A stretch of 64,000 bases of DNA from Methanomicrobia archaeon (GCA_030603445.1 JAUVXU010000003.1:23059-87058), one strand, 5' to 3'; shown: positions 26,326 through 36,527, counted from the stretch's first letter. Program-made: numbers and translations. The notes: generated by a model not told the origin, from the letters alone.

Positions 26326-27582
26326 TTAAAACCATCCTCTAAGTCGCATAGATTCAACTACGCGTGAAACTGCCAGAACGTATGCTGCAGTACGCATATC
26401 GATATTCTTTTCAGTTGATGTATTGTGTACTGCACAAAAAGACTCTGTCATTATCTTGTCAAGACGTTCAAATACCTCTTGCTCAGGCCAGTACAGACCG
26501 GTCTGATTCTGCACCCACTCAAAGTATGATACTGTCACGCCGCCCGCATTGCACAAAAAGTCCGGAATGTCGAATATACCTTTCTTCATAAAGATCTCAT
26601 CTGCATCAGGGGTCACCGGGCCATTGGCAAGTTCAGCAACTATCTTTGCCTTTATCTTGTCAGCATTCTTGCCAGTGATCTGATTTTCAAGCGCTGCTGG
26701 CATCAAAACATCGCAATCTACCTCCAAAAGCTCTGCGTTTGAGATGTTCTTTGCTCCAGGGAAGTTTATTACCGAGCGTGTCTTTCTCTTATGCTCAAGT
26801 ATTGCCTCTGGGTCCATGCCCTTAGGATTATATATCCCGCCTTTAGAGTCAGAGACTGCGATTATCTTTACGCCCATTCCCTTCATGATGTGTGCAGCAT
26901 AATACCCTGCATTGCCATAACCTTGTATTGCAGCTGTGGACTTGGACAAATCCATGTCAAGCAATTTTTCTGCTTCGCGAATGCAAAACACTGCTCCTTG
27001 GGCAGTTGCATTGCCTCTTCCAAGCGAGCCGCCAATAGGAATTGGTTTGCCTGTAATGATACCTGGAGCATTGTATCCTACAATCGTTGAGTACTCATCC
27101 ATCATCCATGCCATTACCTGGGGCGTTGTGTATACATCAGGGGCAGGTATGTCTTTAAGCGGGCTTATTATCTGTGCTATAGCCCGGACGTATCCCCTTG
27201 ATAAGCGTTCCAATTCAGAAACTGAAAGTTCTTTTGGATTGCATATGACCCCGCCTTTTCCTCCGCCATAAGGAATGCCTACGACTGCACACTTCCATGT
27301 CATCCACATTGAAAGCGCCTTTACTGTATCAAGCGTCTCATCAGGATGGAAGCGTAATCCTCCTTTCGTCGGTCCGCGTGCATCATTGTGCTGCACCCTA
27401 AACCCTGTGAAGGTCTTAGTTGTGCCATCATCCATCTTGATTGGTATGCGTACTTTAAATTCCCTCATTGGTTCCTTTAATATCTCATGTACTTCTTCCT
27501 CAAGCCCAAGAACCTCTACAGATTTTTCCAACTGTTTTTGGGCTATCTTAAATGGATTTAATTCCTCAGACAAATATCTCAC
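26326..27582 (-). CDS. gdhA: glutamate dehydrogenase
   Basis: 418 aa; [24 protein letters not shown] motifs. Confidence 0.95.
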   Translation of the reverse strand: MRYLSEELNPFKIAQKQLEKSVEVLGLEEEVHEILKEPMREFKVRIPIKMDDGTTKTFTGFRVQHNDARGPTKGGLRFHPDETLDTVKALSMWMTWKCAVVGIPYGGGKGGVICNPKELSVSELERLSRGYVRAIAQIISPLKDIPAPDVYTTPQVMAWMMDEYSTIVGYNAPGIITGKPIPIGGSLGRGNATAQGAVFCIREAEKLLDMDLSKSTAAIQGYGNAGYYAAHIMKGMGVKIIAVSDSKGGIYNPKGMDPEAILEHKRKTRSVINFPGAKNISNAELLEVDCDVLMPAALENQITGKNADKIKAKIVAELANGPVTPDADEIFMKKGIFDIPDFLCNAGGVTVSYFEWVQNQTGLYWPEQEVFERLDKIMTESFCAVHNTSTEKNIDMRTAAYVLAVSRVVESMRLRGWF

Positions 27583-28044
27583 TTCCTTATATTTAACGTG
27601 TTGACACTATTCATTTTTTATGTTTTTATATTTTATTATAATCATGGGGCAATAATGGCAGCTGTTGTCATAACGGGCAAATAAACTACCTAACAATCGC
27701 CACAATTTCATATAATCTAGTGCCATTTATAACATTTTATACTGCTTTTTAAGTTAATTTATATTAGTTTCCTACACTATTGCAATTATATGCAACATTT
27801 TTTTATTTATATCAAACTTATTGTTAAATTGTTGCATGAAAAAAAGATTATATTTACTTTTTAATTAGGCATGCATAGTTGGCCTGCCAAAAATATACCA
27901 TGCATGCATATTAATACATACATAATAATACATAAATAATTGGGGCAAACAGCATATTTTTTTACCTAAAAAAACAGCATGATTGGGAGTTCGATAACTT
28001 TTTATATGGGGAATTAAAAGCAACATTACGCCCCTGTATAACCT

Positions 28045-28197
28045 GGCGGGGTTGCCGAGTTTGGTCAAAGGCGATGGACTCAAGATCAGGTTCCTTTAGA
28101 GGAAGACCTTATATGCCTTTGTAACCTGGGTAGTAGGATGTGATGGGAAATCCATTCTTGTAGAGGTTCGAGGGTTCAAATCCCTTCCCCGCCACCA
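28045..28197 (+). tRNA. tRNA-Leu(CAA) with a 65-nt intron at the canonical 37/38 position (about 28085-28149) and genomically encoded CCA
   Basis: Folded by hand. Acceptor GGCGGGG/CCCCGCC; anticodon stem ATGGA/TCCAT with loop CTCAAGA interrupted after G37; 14-nt variable arm; T arm GAGGG-TTCAAAT-CCCTT; discriminator A; CCA at 28195-28197. Confidence 0.85.
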
Positions 28198-28226
28198 TCA
28201 TCCCCTAGTTTCTTAAAAAAAAGAAT

Positions 28227-28652
28227 CTACACATGTTTTTTTGAAAATCTATCCCAATATACGGCCATGTCCGGATCTGCAGGTCTTTCCATCTTTATAT
28301 TATGTGGTTCAGGTTTTCCGTCTTCCCCAAGAGTTACGAACGTTAAGGCCGTTTCAAGGATGTTCTGCTTGCCATACTTTTTACAATACATCCTGCCTAC
28401 GACCGTGATGCTCGTCCTTCCAGCATATGCAACAAAAGACTCTATATCTACAATAGCGCCATTTTCCACTGGTTTCTTGAACTGCAATCCCTGGATATTG
28501 ACACATACCACGTTGTCTGACTTCTTGTTTTCCTTTGCTGCTGCAATAAAACATGCCTCTACCACCCATTTCGCAGTTTCGCCTGCAAAAAGAGTTCCAT
28601 GATGATTTAGATTTGCCACGCGCACCAATCTTGATATTTTAGTTACACACAT
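28227..28652 (-). CDS. acyl-CoA thioesterase (hotdog fold)
   Basis: 141 aa; NHHGTLFAGETAKWVVE motif. Confidence 0.75.
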   Translation of the reverse strand: MCVTKISRLVRVANLNHHGTLFAGETAKWVVEACFIAAAKENKKSDNVVCVNIQGLQFKKPVENGAIVDIESFVAYAGRTSITVVGRMYCKKYGKQNILETALTFVTLGEDGKPEPHNIKMERPADPDMAVYWDRFSKKHV

Positions 28653-28922
28653 ATTAATGCCTCCAAAATTGTTTCATAATATTTCCCTAACTATTTAAAA
28701 AACATATGTTTTAAATAACAGATACGAATAAAACTATTATTCATCTTAGGGCATCTAATTTTAGGTATCATCTTCATTGACACTATAAAAAAACACTGCC
28801 ATGAAACTAAATGGCCGAAAATTCGAATTTTTTTCCATACATTATTTAAATTTGATAGTATATATAAATTATAATAAGATGAATAAACATCAGTTGTATC
28901 TGCTAATGTAGGATGGGAAAAA

Positions 28923-29705
28923 ATGGATTATGATGTGAATAAATCCCTAAGCTATGTTTTCGAATATGGCAATATGTTTGAAACCTATAAAATAGAGTTT
29001 GTTCTTCATATGGGCAGGGACGACAAAATACCTCTGGACTTTTTCAATGCCTACCAAAACAAAGATGGAGGATTTGCATATAATTTAAAAAAAGGAAACC
29101 CATCCTCGGTTGCAACAACTCTTTCGATATTCCCCTGGTACACAATATTAGATATAACATATAGCGGTTCTTATAAACGCTGCCTCAATTATATTTTAGA
29201 TAATCAAAAAAACGGCGCGTGGGATGAAAATCCTGAAATTAGTGTGCTAAATCCGCCAGAACTCATAAAACCAGGTGCTCTTAATACAAAACTCTGGCTT
29301 AGTGCCCAAGCAGCAAACGATATATTATTCTATGATAAAAACAAGCGCATAGCACAAAGTACACTAATGTTTTTACAACAATACATGCGCGAAGATGGAA
29401 CATTTGAAGGATTCCCAATAACTAACTGGATTGTATTTTCCATTTATTCGCAGATGGATATGACCGATGCCGCCCAGAAGCTAGTGCCATATATACGCAC
29501 CAACATCGTCCATGACCCCAAGCATATCGTGTGGTGCCTAAACTGCCTATGGAAAGCGCAAAGGGAAAACGTGCTTGCTGATGAGCTTCTTGACTTGCTT
29601 TTAAAAATGCAAGATCCAAATGGGTGCTGGAAGGACGAAGATAATAAATGCTGTCCAAACATCACAGCAGAAGCAATAGCCACTTTGCATATGTGGGGAA
29701 GATAA
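28923..29705 (+). CDS. prenyltransferase/squalene-oxidase-repeat (alpha/alpha toroid) protein
   Basis: 260 aa; recurring DGGFAY / NGAWDE / DGTFEG / NGCWKD repeat motifs. Confidence 0.55.
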   Translation: MDYDVNKSLSYVFEYGNMFETYKIEFVLHMGRDDKIPLDFFNAYQNKDGGFAYNLKKGNPSSVATTLSIFPWYTILDITYSGSYKRCLNYILDNQKNGAWDENPEISVLNPPELIKPGALNTKLWLSAQAANDILFYDKNKRIAQSTLMFLQQYMREDGTFEGFPITNWIVFSIYSQMDMTDAAQKLVPYIRTNIVHDPKHIVWCLNCLWKAQRENVLADELLDLLLKMQDPNGCWKDEDNKCCPNITAEAIATLHMWGR

Positions 29706-30161
29706 AACGACAATTATGCAAGGATTGCACCAAAAGTTTTAAATATCATTTTATGAATCCTATTCCGATAGCTATGAATATCATTTTTAGTATACAAACA
29801 TTCACAAATGATATATTTAGCTTTAGCCACTTCTATTTTTGATTAATTCTCCCTTGTGAGAGAAGTATGTTAACTTAACATGCAAAATCATAAGGGGCCG
29901 GACTACTTAAAAATCTCAAGTGGAAACTATTTAAAATATATGAGGGAACAACAATGAACTCCATAACATATAAAACAACTTCAGAACAAACAAAAAAGGG
30001 GGGCAGCCGTTACTGGCGCTGTTTTTTTATCCCCGTGCAAAATTTCTAGAAAATCGTACTCTTCTAAAAGTATGGTAGTGCATAAGTATCACGCACATCT
30101 TCTAAAAAATACTGATTTTATTAACACAAGTTTTGTTAAGTGTACCCCGGGGGGCGCCTAG

Positions 30162-30284
30162 ATGCTTGGAATAGCTGATCCACAAATATGGATAGGATAC
30201 CTCCTTGCAGTAGGATTAACGTTGCTATGCATAATTTATGGTGCCATTAACTGGAACAAAGGAGATGAAAACGATGGCAGTTAA
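30162..30284 (+). CDS. symporter small accessory protein
   Basis: Hand-translated 40 aa: MLGIADPQIWIGYLLAVGLTLLCIIYGAINWNKGDENDGS. One TM helix. Overlaps the symporter start. Below the track cutoff. Confidence 0.6.
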   Translation: MLGIADPQIWIGYLLAVGLTLLCIIYGAINWNKGDENDGS

Positions 30285-31854
30285 CACTCTTGTGCTTTCC
30301 GTATCTACTGCCATTTATTTGGCCGTCGTAATAGTGCTGGCCTATGTAGGCTACAAGAAGACTAAAAAAGCGGATGACTACCTCATCGCAGGGAGAAGCA
30401 TCTCGCCTATTATCCTCGCACTCTCATACGGTGCCACCTTCATCAGCACATCTGCCATAATAGGTTTCGGCGGGCTTGCAGGATATATGGGCATGGGGCT
30501 TATCTGGCTGACCGTGCTAAATATAGGCATCGGCATCTTCATTGCGTTCGTATTCTTTGGAAAGAAGACCAGGGAGATTGGGCATAAACTAGGCGCAGTC
30601 ACTTTTCCGGATTTGATGGGAAAGATATACAAATCAGAGTTCCTAAGAAACGCCAGTGGCCTTATAATAATTGTTGGGATGCCGCTTTACACAGCAGCCA
30701 TACTCATTGGAGGGGCGCGATTCATTGAAACAACGCTTTCTGTCCCGTACAATACAGCACTTATTGGATTTGCCATAGTCGTTGTTGCCTATGTCATCAT
30801 CGGGGGCCTCATAGCTGTTATGTACACAGACGCTATGCAGGGAACGCTTATGGCAATAGGCATGAGTATTTTGCTTGTATTGACATACATAAAATTAGGA
30901 GGGGTTTCAGAAGCGCATAGCGCCCTTACGTCACTTTCTCACTTAACGCCATCATCACTTGCATCTGCAGGCCAGGTCGGATGGACTTCGATGCCATCAC
31001 TGGGTTCTCCATTGTGGTACACCCTCGTCACGACAATTATTCTTGGTGTAGGGATAGGCGTACTTGCACAACCACAGCTTATCGTGCGCTTCATGACTGT
31101 AAAGGACAACAGATCACTTAATCGTGCAGTGCTTGTTGGAGGCCCATTCATAATATTAATGACAGGGGTAGCATTTACCGTAGGCGCACTTACCAATGTA
31201 TATTTCCAAAATACAACAGGACAAATCGCAATTGAGGCTGCAGGAGGCAACATAGATTCCATCATGCCAACATACATCAACGCCGCCATGCCAGATATCT
31301 TAATCGTCTTATTAATGCTAGTGCTTCTTTCTGCCGCTATGTCAACATTAAGCTCGCTACTACATACTATGGGAAGCACACTTGGCCATGACCTGTGGCA
31401 TAAGGCAAACAACAAAGAAGCGTCATTGAGAACCAGCCAAAAAGGGACCCTGCTTATGATGATAGTCAGTGTGCTTCTGGCTTATATGCTGCCTATAAGC
31501 ATCATTGCACGTGCAACTGCAATGTTCATGGGACTATGTGCCTCTGCATTTCTTCCTAGCTTCGTTATGGGGCTTTATTCAAAAAATCCTTCAAAAACGG
31601 CAGCAAAGACTAGCCTCATAACTGGGGCAGTTGTATGGTTTGCATGGACTGCATTTGTGCATATCAAGGAATCCGGGCCCCTTGGCATATCCCAGGCGCT
31701 CTTTGGGAAGGCAACGCTTCTAGATATGCCGTGGCCTGTAGTAGACCCGCTAATGCTGGCACTGCCACTATCAACAGCAGCTCTTGTCGTAGTGTGGCTT
31801 TTGGAACGAAAACGCATTGCTCCACAGACTAAGGAATCTATGGATGCCAATTAA
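30265..31854 (+). CDS. sodium:solute symporter (SSS) family transporter
   Basis: About 13 TM. The track ORF begins at 30238, but the ATG at 30265 preceded by GGAG (MKTMAVNTLV...) is the more likely start. Confidence 0.9.
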   Translation: MKTMAVNTLVLSVSTAIYLAVVIVLAYVGYKKTKKADDYLIAGRSISPIILALSYGATFISTSAIIGFGGLAGYMGMGLIWLTVLNIGIGIFIAFVFFGKKTREIGHKLGAVTFPDLMGKIYKSEFLRNASGLIIIVGMPLYTAAILIGGARFIETTLSVPYNTALIGFAIVVVAYVIIGGLIAVMYTDAMQGTLMAIGMSILLVLTYIKLGGVSEAHSALTSLSHLTPSSLASAGQVGWTSMPSLGSPLWYTLVTTIILGVGIGVLAQPQLIVRFMTVKDNRSLNRAVLVGGPFIILMTGVAFTVGALTNVYFQNTTGQIAIEAAGGNIDSIMPTYINAAMPDILIVLLMLVLLSAAMSTLSSLLHTMGSTLGHDLWHKANNKEASLRTSQKGTLLMMIVSVLLAYMLPISIIARATAMFMGLCASAFLPSFVMGLYSKNPSKTAAKTSLITGAVVWFAWTAFVHIKESGPLGISQALFGKATLLDMPWPVVDPLMLALPLSTAALVVVWLLERKRIAPQTKESMDAN

Positions 31855-32051
31855 GGCATCCATTTTTTTATTATATTTCCAAAACTACTGCTGGTATTCT
31901 AATTTGTCCGGCAAAAAAAAATCATTGGGAAAAATAATTCTTAAAATAGCATTAATGCTAAATTAATGGAGTTTTACTATTATGCTGCCTTCTTAAATTA
32001 TACCAAAAAGCTTAATAAACATGGCAAATCTATCTACCAACATTCTATGAG

Positions 32052-32285
32052 GTGAAAATAGTGACAGTGTATGTAGACCACGATAAATGCTGCACATATG
32101 AGGCCAAATGCAGTTGCAATAGCTGTTCATGTACAAAGGTGAACAACAGCTGCAAGATGTGTGTAGATGCATGCCCCACAGGTGCCATAAAAAACGACTG
32201 CGGCATAGTCATAGAACAAGATTTATGCAACGACTGCGGCGTATGTATAGATGCATGCTCTAATGGCGCATTATATCAAAACTGA
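32052..32285 (+). CDS. 2x[4Fe-4S] ferredoxin-like protein
   Basis: 77 aa; CKMCVDACPTGAI and CNDCGVCIDACSNGAL. Confidence 0.8.
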   Translation: MKIVTVYVDHDKCCTYEAKCSCNSCSCTKVNNSCKMCVDACPTGAIKNDCGIVIEQDLCNDCGVCIDACSNGALYQN

Positions 32286-32314
32286 TATATTTGCAAGCCT
32301 TTTCTTTTCTCTGC

Positions 32315-33184
32315 TTAATTATTCCATATTACCAGCGCTCCACCGCCGATAAGAAGCAGTGCACCCACTATCTGGACATACGTTATAGACTCCCCTAACA
32401 GCAATACTGCAAACAAGGCAGAAAAAACAGATCCTGCTGTGAAGAAAAGCGAAGCTATGTTTGGGCCTGCAAGTGAAATTCCTCTATAAAAGGCAACGAC
32501 AAAACCAGTATATAGGACTGATGATAACAGCACTATACCCCACTGAAAACCTGTTACAGCCAAAATTTCACGATGTATATGAGGGACTAAAAACACCAAA
32601 AGAAAAGAAGTTCCAAAAAAGAATCTGCCTACGGTCACCAAGTCTGCCGGCACTATTGCCATTGTCTTTTTTGCATATGCATTGGTAAAGCCAAGCCCGA
32701 TAGCGGCCATTACTACAAAAATATCGCCCAACATTGGAAAGATTATGTTTCCTCCCGTTGATATCAGAAAAGCGCCGCCAAGCATCATTGCCGCAACTGC
32801 AATAAATATGCGCCCAATGTCTTCTTTTAGTAATATATATGCAAAAGGAAATGTGAATAGGAATGTAAGGCGAATAAGAAAACCTGCATTTACTGCAGAA
32901 GTATTCTTTTGTCCTACGAAGAGGATTAGTATTACCAAACCTTCTGCTATGATGCCGACAATGGCGATGTCTTTATAGTTGCGTCTTGATAGGCATTGTA
33001 ACGTAGCTCCATGACGCAGTGCCAGCGGCACTACAAGAACAAGACAAAACAAAGTGCGAAGAAATGAGAACACAAGGGGATGCAATCCATCGTTTAGCCC
33101 CTCCTTTACCACAATTATCCCAAGACCGTAAATTGCTGAAGCGAAAAGCAACAACGATACGGATTCCCTGTCCATGCCGCACAC
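32315..33184 (-). CDS. EamA/DMT family transporter
   Basis: 289 aa, about 10 TM in two EamA-like halves. Confidence 0.75.
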   Translation of the reverse strand: MCGMDRESVSLLLFASAIYGLGIIVVKEGLNDGLHPLVFSFLRTLFCLVLVVPLALRHGATLQCLSRRNYKDIAIVGIIAEGLVILILFVGQKNTSAVNAGFLIRLTFLFTFPFAYILLKEDIGRIFIAVAAMMLGGAFLISTGGNIIFPMLGDIFVVMAAIGLGFTNAYAKKTMAIVPADLVTVGRFFFGTSFLLVFLVPHIHREILAVTGFQWGIVLLSSVLYTGFVVAFYRGISLAGPNIASLFFTAGSVFSALFAVLLLGESITYVQIVGALLLIGGGALVIWNN

Positions 33185-33970
33185 CTATATGATATCCATT
33201 ATGTCTGTTATGGCATCAACGACAAAGCTTGCCTCCTTGAAGAGTGCAGGATTTTTCTCAAGCCCGTCTTGTAGGACTAGAATCGATGAGTCTGCTTCCT
33301 TAAATGCCGCGAGGTCGTTGGAATCATTGCCCACCATCACGACAGTATCGTACTTTTCCTTAAGCTGCTTGATAGATGAGGCCTTCTTGCTCTCGGTCTG
33401 AAAATAAAACACATTTCTGCAAGGTACGTTTAGTGATGAGGCTATCTTTCTCATGCCGGCCCCAGTATCACCCGTAGCTAAAAATATGTCCCAACCTTTA
33501 TCACAAAGGTATGTGAAAAGCCTTTCCACGCCTGGCATGAGATGCCCGCCTGTGCTAAGTACGTAAGTAGGCTTTTCTTCTTTTATATCATAAATGATGC
33601 CGTTATTAGTGTATATGTCGTTGCCAAATCTTTCAAAAATACGCTTTAGGGTCTTCTTAAAAGCAGCCATGGGCACTGTGTTGCACCTAACTAGTGCATC
33701 ATCAACTGATAAGACCTCAAAATTGTTAGAATAAATGCATTTCAAACACAAGTTGTTCTCATTGCAAAAGGTTGCAAAATCCATATCATCCTTTGCAGGC
33801 AATATATCCTCTTTCACGCTCTTTTCAAGAATAAGGAGTGCACCCATCTCCATGTTATCAACTATGCTAGTAGAAGAGATGCCTTCCAAAATATCACTTG
33901 ATTTTAGGTCATAAGCCACTCTAAAGGTATCTACTATAGTTCCTGATTTATCAAAGACTATGGCTTTCAT
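33185..33970 (-). CDS. HAD-superfamily soluble P-type-ATPase-like phosphatase
   Basis: 261 aa; FDKSGT (P-type DKTGT-like), LATGDTG, VGNDSNDLAAF motifs; 4-nt overlap with mcrC. Confidence 0.7.
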   Translation of the reverse strand: MKAIVFDKSGTIVDTFRVAYDLKSSDILEGISSTSIVDNMEMGALLILEKSVKEDILPAKDDMDFATFCNENNLCLKCIYSNNFEVLSVDDALVRCNTVPMAAFKKTLKRIFERFGNDIYTNNGIIYDIKEEKPTYVLSTGGHLMPGVERLFTYLCDKGWDIFLATGDTGAGMRKIASSLNVPCRNVFYFQTESKKASSIKQLKEKYDTVVMVGNDSNDLAAFKEADSSILVLQDGLEKNPALFKEASFVVDAITDIMDII

Positions 33971-34569
33971 TTATTATCAATCACATGTAATGTTTTCTTG
34001 ACTTTAAATACGATCTCATCAAGCTTTTTCTGGTCCACGGTTACCCCGCGAGTAACGCCTGATATGATGTCGTAGAGCTCCCCGCCAGTTCCGTTATTGT
34101 GTGGCCTAACTATGCGGGTCTTTATGCCGACCTTTGCAAAATCCTCAAAGTCCACCGGTATCTGGCATACAACTATCGCAGGAATAGTTATGCGGCTTAA
34201 TATGAACTTAGCCTTGTATATAAGATGGTTTTTCACATTTCCATGATGTATGAGGGCCATTTTGAAACAATTGGACTTTTTGATCTCCTCATCCTCAAGT
34301 CCGAACCTTGCCCCCATCTTCCCGAACGGGCAGTCGGATGGAACTCCTGTGCCGGCATTAAGTACGAGTACGGAGGTATCAATCCCTTCCTCTCTCAATG
34401 CGTAGGTAATCTCACACACAGGTTTTGTTATATGCCTCCTCCCGGGCGACATTGCCATTGCTAAAACATCGCCGCCGCATATAGCAATAGTACCACGTTG
34501 TGCCATGCCTCCGCCAAGGCCCATTCCCATTGCGGCCCTGCAGTTCACAATATGGTGTGTTCTTTCCAT
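33967..34569 (-). CDS. mcrC: methyl-coenzyme M reductase operon protein C
   Basis: CRAAMGMGLGGGMAQRGT ... MSPGRRHITKPVCEITYALRE ... VVCQIPVDFEDFAKVGIKT closely matches McrC as I remember it. Start taken at MERTHH (34569), 1 nt after the atwA stop; the track ORF extends to 34602. Confidence 0.9.
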   Translation of the reverse strand: MERTHHIVNCRAAMGMGLGGGMAQRGTIAICGGDVLAMAMSPGRRHITKPVCEITYALREEGIDTSVLVLNAGTGVPSDCPFGKMGARFGLEDEEIKKSNCFKMALIHHGNVKNHLIYKAKFILSRITIPAIVVCQIPVDFEDFAKVGIKTRIVRPHNNGTGGELYDIISGVTRGVTVDQKKLDEIVFKVKKTLHVIDNK

Positions 34570-34570
34570 T

Positions 34571-36181
34571 TTATGCCAGCACCTTGGGATTTTTATCTGC
34601 ACTTTCCTGCATACTCTTTACTATTTCATCTGCAGTGCCTGTGTTCACTACCTTTCCATCCTCCATCAAGGATACGCGATCACACACCTCAAGTGCAAAG
34701 TCCATATTGTGTGTTACAATTATAAATGTCTCTTCAAGATTTTTTCTGGCGTTTTTAATTGCCATAGCAACTTTCGTTCTTGTTATAGGGTCCATCGTTC
34801 CAGAAGGTTCATCAAGGATTATGACTTCAGGTTCTCGGATGAGTATCTGGGATAAAGCGATTCTATGGCGCTCCCCTACTGAGAGCTCGTTTGGGTACTT
34901 GTTGAGGATATTATTAGTCTTTTCACTATCAAATCCAATAGAGGTAAGCACTTGTATGGCCTTGATGCGTGCTAGTTCCTTTGGCAGTGTTATCCCGATG
35001 GAATCAGTAAGATTCTCAAACACCGTTCTTGATGGATACAGCGAGTATTCCTGGTGAAGCAGACCTACGTGGCGCTTTGCTCTTCCCCTCTCCAAGAATC
35101 CAGGTATTGTCATATCAATCCATTCGTCTCCGACCTTGACTGATATTTCCCCTTCAGTAGGTTCTGTTACGCCGCCTATAAGGCGTGAAAGCGTGGTTTT
35201 CCCTGCTCCACTTGTTCCAAGAAGCCCATATATCTCATTTTCATTTATTTCCAGATCTACGTCGTCAACTGCTTTTATAAGCCCACGCATGATAGAATAA
35301 AAATATTTTTTGACTCCTTTAATTATTATTTTCGGATTAGAATTTCCTTCATATTTTTCTTCCTCAAAGGGAGGCATTTCCTCAAGGAACTGTGATATTA
35401 ATTTATCAGGTTTTCCAAATCCCCTGACCTTTCCCCCATCCATCCAAAGCACCTTATCAACGATCTCTTGGAAAGAGGATGGATTGTGTGAGGTTAGTAT
35501 AAGGGGCATTCCTGTTCGTATGGCAACATCTTTTAGGATACGCAGCACTATTTTAGATGTTTTAGGGTCCAATGTCCCTGTGGGTTCGTCTGCCAGTAGT
35601 ATTAATGGTTCCATTGCAAGCTGTCTTGCCAATACGATACGCTGTTTTTCCCCTCCAGAAAGGTCTTTTGCGATATGTATCATCCTATGCCCCATCTTTA
35701 CCATTTTCAATAATTCGGTAACACGCAAGATACGCTTATCGTGAGGATAATTTATTTCGTTTAGCTCCCTTAAGACATTTTCATATACGGTAAGATCGCC
35801 ATAAAGGGCAAATGTTCGCTGGAGCATTATTGAAATGTGGCTCTTAACTCTTTTTAATTCTGAGATTTCCAGGTCCCATAAATCAAAAGATTTCGCTGCA
35901 AAAGTTCCATCGCATTTTGGACAACTTTTTCCTGATTTTGCTGGAAAATCATAATTTTTGCATTTCTCACAATATCCAAAATTATATGCTATGCCCCCTT
36001 TATCGGGCCTATAGCCTTTTGATCCACGCAACATATGAATAAGGACCGACTTCCCAGAACCACTCTTGCCAATAATTCCAAGGATCTCACCGGGTTTCAG
36101 GTCAAAAGTAACATTTTCTACAACATTGGCGCCATCATATGATTTTGAAATTCCATTTACCGAAAGTAAGCTTTGTTGCAA
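34571..36181 (-). CDS. atwA: methyl-coenzyme M reductase system component A2 (double ABC ATPase)
   Basis: 536 aa. Two ABC cassettes (GKSGSGKS/LSGGEKQR and GTSGAGKTT/LSVGERHR) with the Cys-rich insert CEKC ... CPKC in the first. TTG start. Confidence 0.9.
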   Translation of the reverse strand: MQQSLLSVNGISKSYDGANVVENVTFDLKPGEILGIIGKSGSGKSVLIHMLRGSKGYRPDKGGIAYNFGYCEKCKNYDFPAKSGKSCPKCDGTFAAKSFDLWDLEISELKRVKSHISIMLQRTFALYGDLTVYENVLRELNEINYPHDKRILRVTELLKMVKMGHRMIHIAKDLSGGEKQRIVLARQLAMEPLILLADEPTGTLDPKTSKIVLRILKDVAIRTGMPLILTSHNPSSFQEIVDKVLWMDGGKVRGFGKPDKLISQFLEEMPPFEEEKYEGNSNPKIIIKGVKKYFYSIMRGLIKAVDDVDLEINENEIYGLLGTSGAGKTTLSRLIGGVTEPTEGEISVKVGDEWIDMTIPGFLERGRAKRHVGLLHQEYSLYPSRTVFENLTDSIGITLPKELARIKAIQVLTSIGFDSEKTNNILNKYPNELSVGERHRIALSQILIREPEVIILDEPSGTMDPITRTKVAMAIKNARKNLEETFIIVTHNMDFALEVCDRVSLMEDGKVVNTGTADEIVKSMQESADKNPKVLA

Positions 36182-36281
36182 GTATCTCCCCCCTTGATTA
36201 TTTGTTGCATGATAGAATCCCCTTGTTTCGAATGTGATATATTATAATTTATAAAACTATTCCCAAAACCTTATAAATAAA

Positions 36282-36295
36282 TTAGGCTAACCTAA
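36282..36295. promoter_or_regulatory. DtxR/IdeR-type operator upstream of feoA
   Basis: TTAGGCTAACCTAA, identical to the right 14 nt of the IdeR consensus TTAGGTTAGGCTAACCTAA (from memory). Lies directly after the TATA-like TTATAAATAA. Confidence 0.65.
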
Positions 36296-36299
36296 CTTT

Positions 36300-36527
36300 G
36301 TGACAAAACGATTATCAGACATTGCAAAAGAACGTAGCGTAGAGATCAAAGGCATCGAAGGAGGCCTCGGGATCCGACAACGCCTGTGTGAACTTGGGCT
36401 CCATCCAGGAGAACGCGTTACTATAGAAAAAACAGGTATATTGGGTGGGCCATTCATGCTAAAGGTCGGCGACCACCATATAGCCATAGGGCGCGGGCTT
36501 GCAAGAAATATAATTGTAGAGGAATAA
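36300..36527 (+). CDS. feoA: ferrous iron transport protein A
   Basis: 75 aa; SH3-like FeoA pattern LGIRQRLCELGLHPGERVTI ... HHIAIGRGLARNIIV; GTG start. Confidence 0.85.
   Translation: MTKRLSDIAKERSVEIKGIEGGLGIRQRLCELGLHPGERVTIEKTGILGGPFMLKVGDHHIAIGRGLARNIIVEE

Noticed and set aside
27865-28083. A 72-aa minus-strand ORF.
   Set aside because: It lies in an AT-rich promoter region and overlaps the 5' half of tRNA-Leu on the opposite strand. It has low-complexity composition and no start context.
34500-35057. Long plus-strand ORFs (185 and 116 aa) antisense to atwA. There are similar shadow ORFs elsewhere, for example 46071-46664 and 46505-46927 (antisense to rfcS/rfcL), 50540-51028 (leuS), 30939-31415 (SSS), 41673-42086, 42821-43273, 47994-48470 and 58253-58603.
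   Set aside because: They lie entirely inside, and antisense or out of frame to, genes with unambiguous family signatures. They have Ser/Arg/Cys-rich low-complexity translations and are typical shadow frames.
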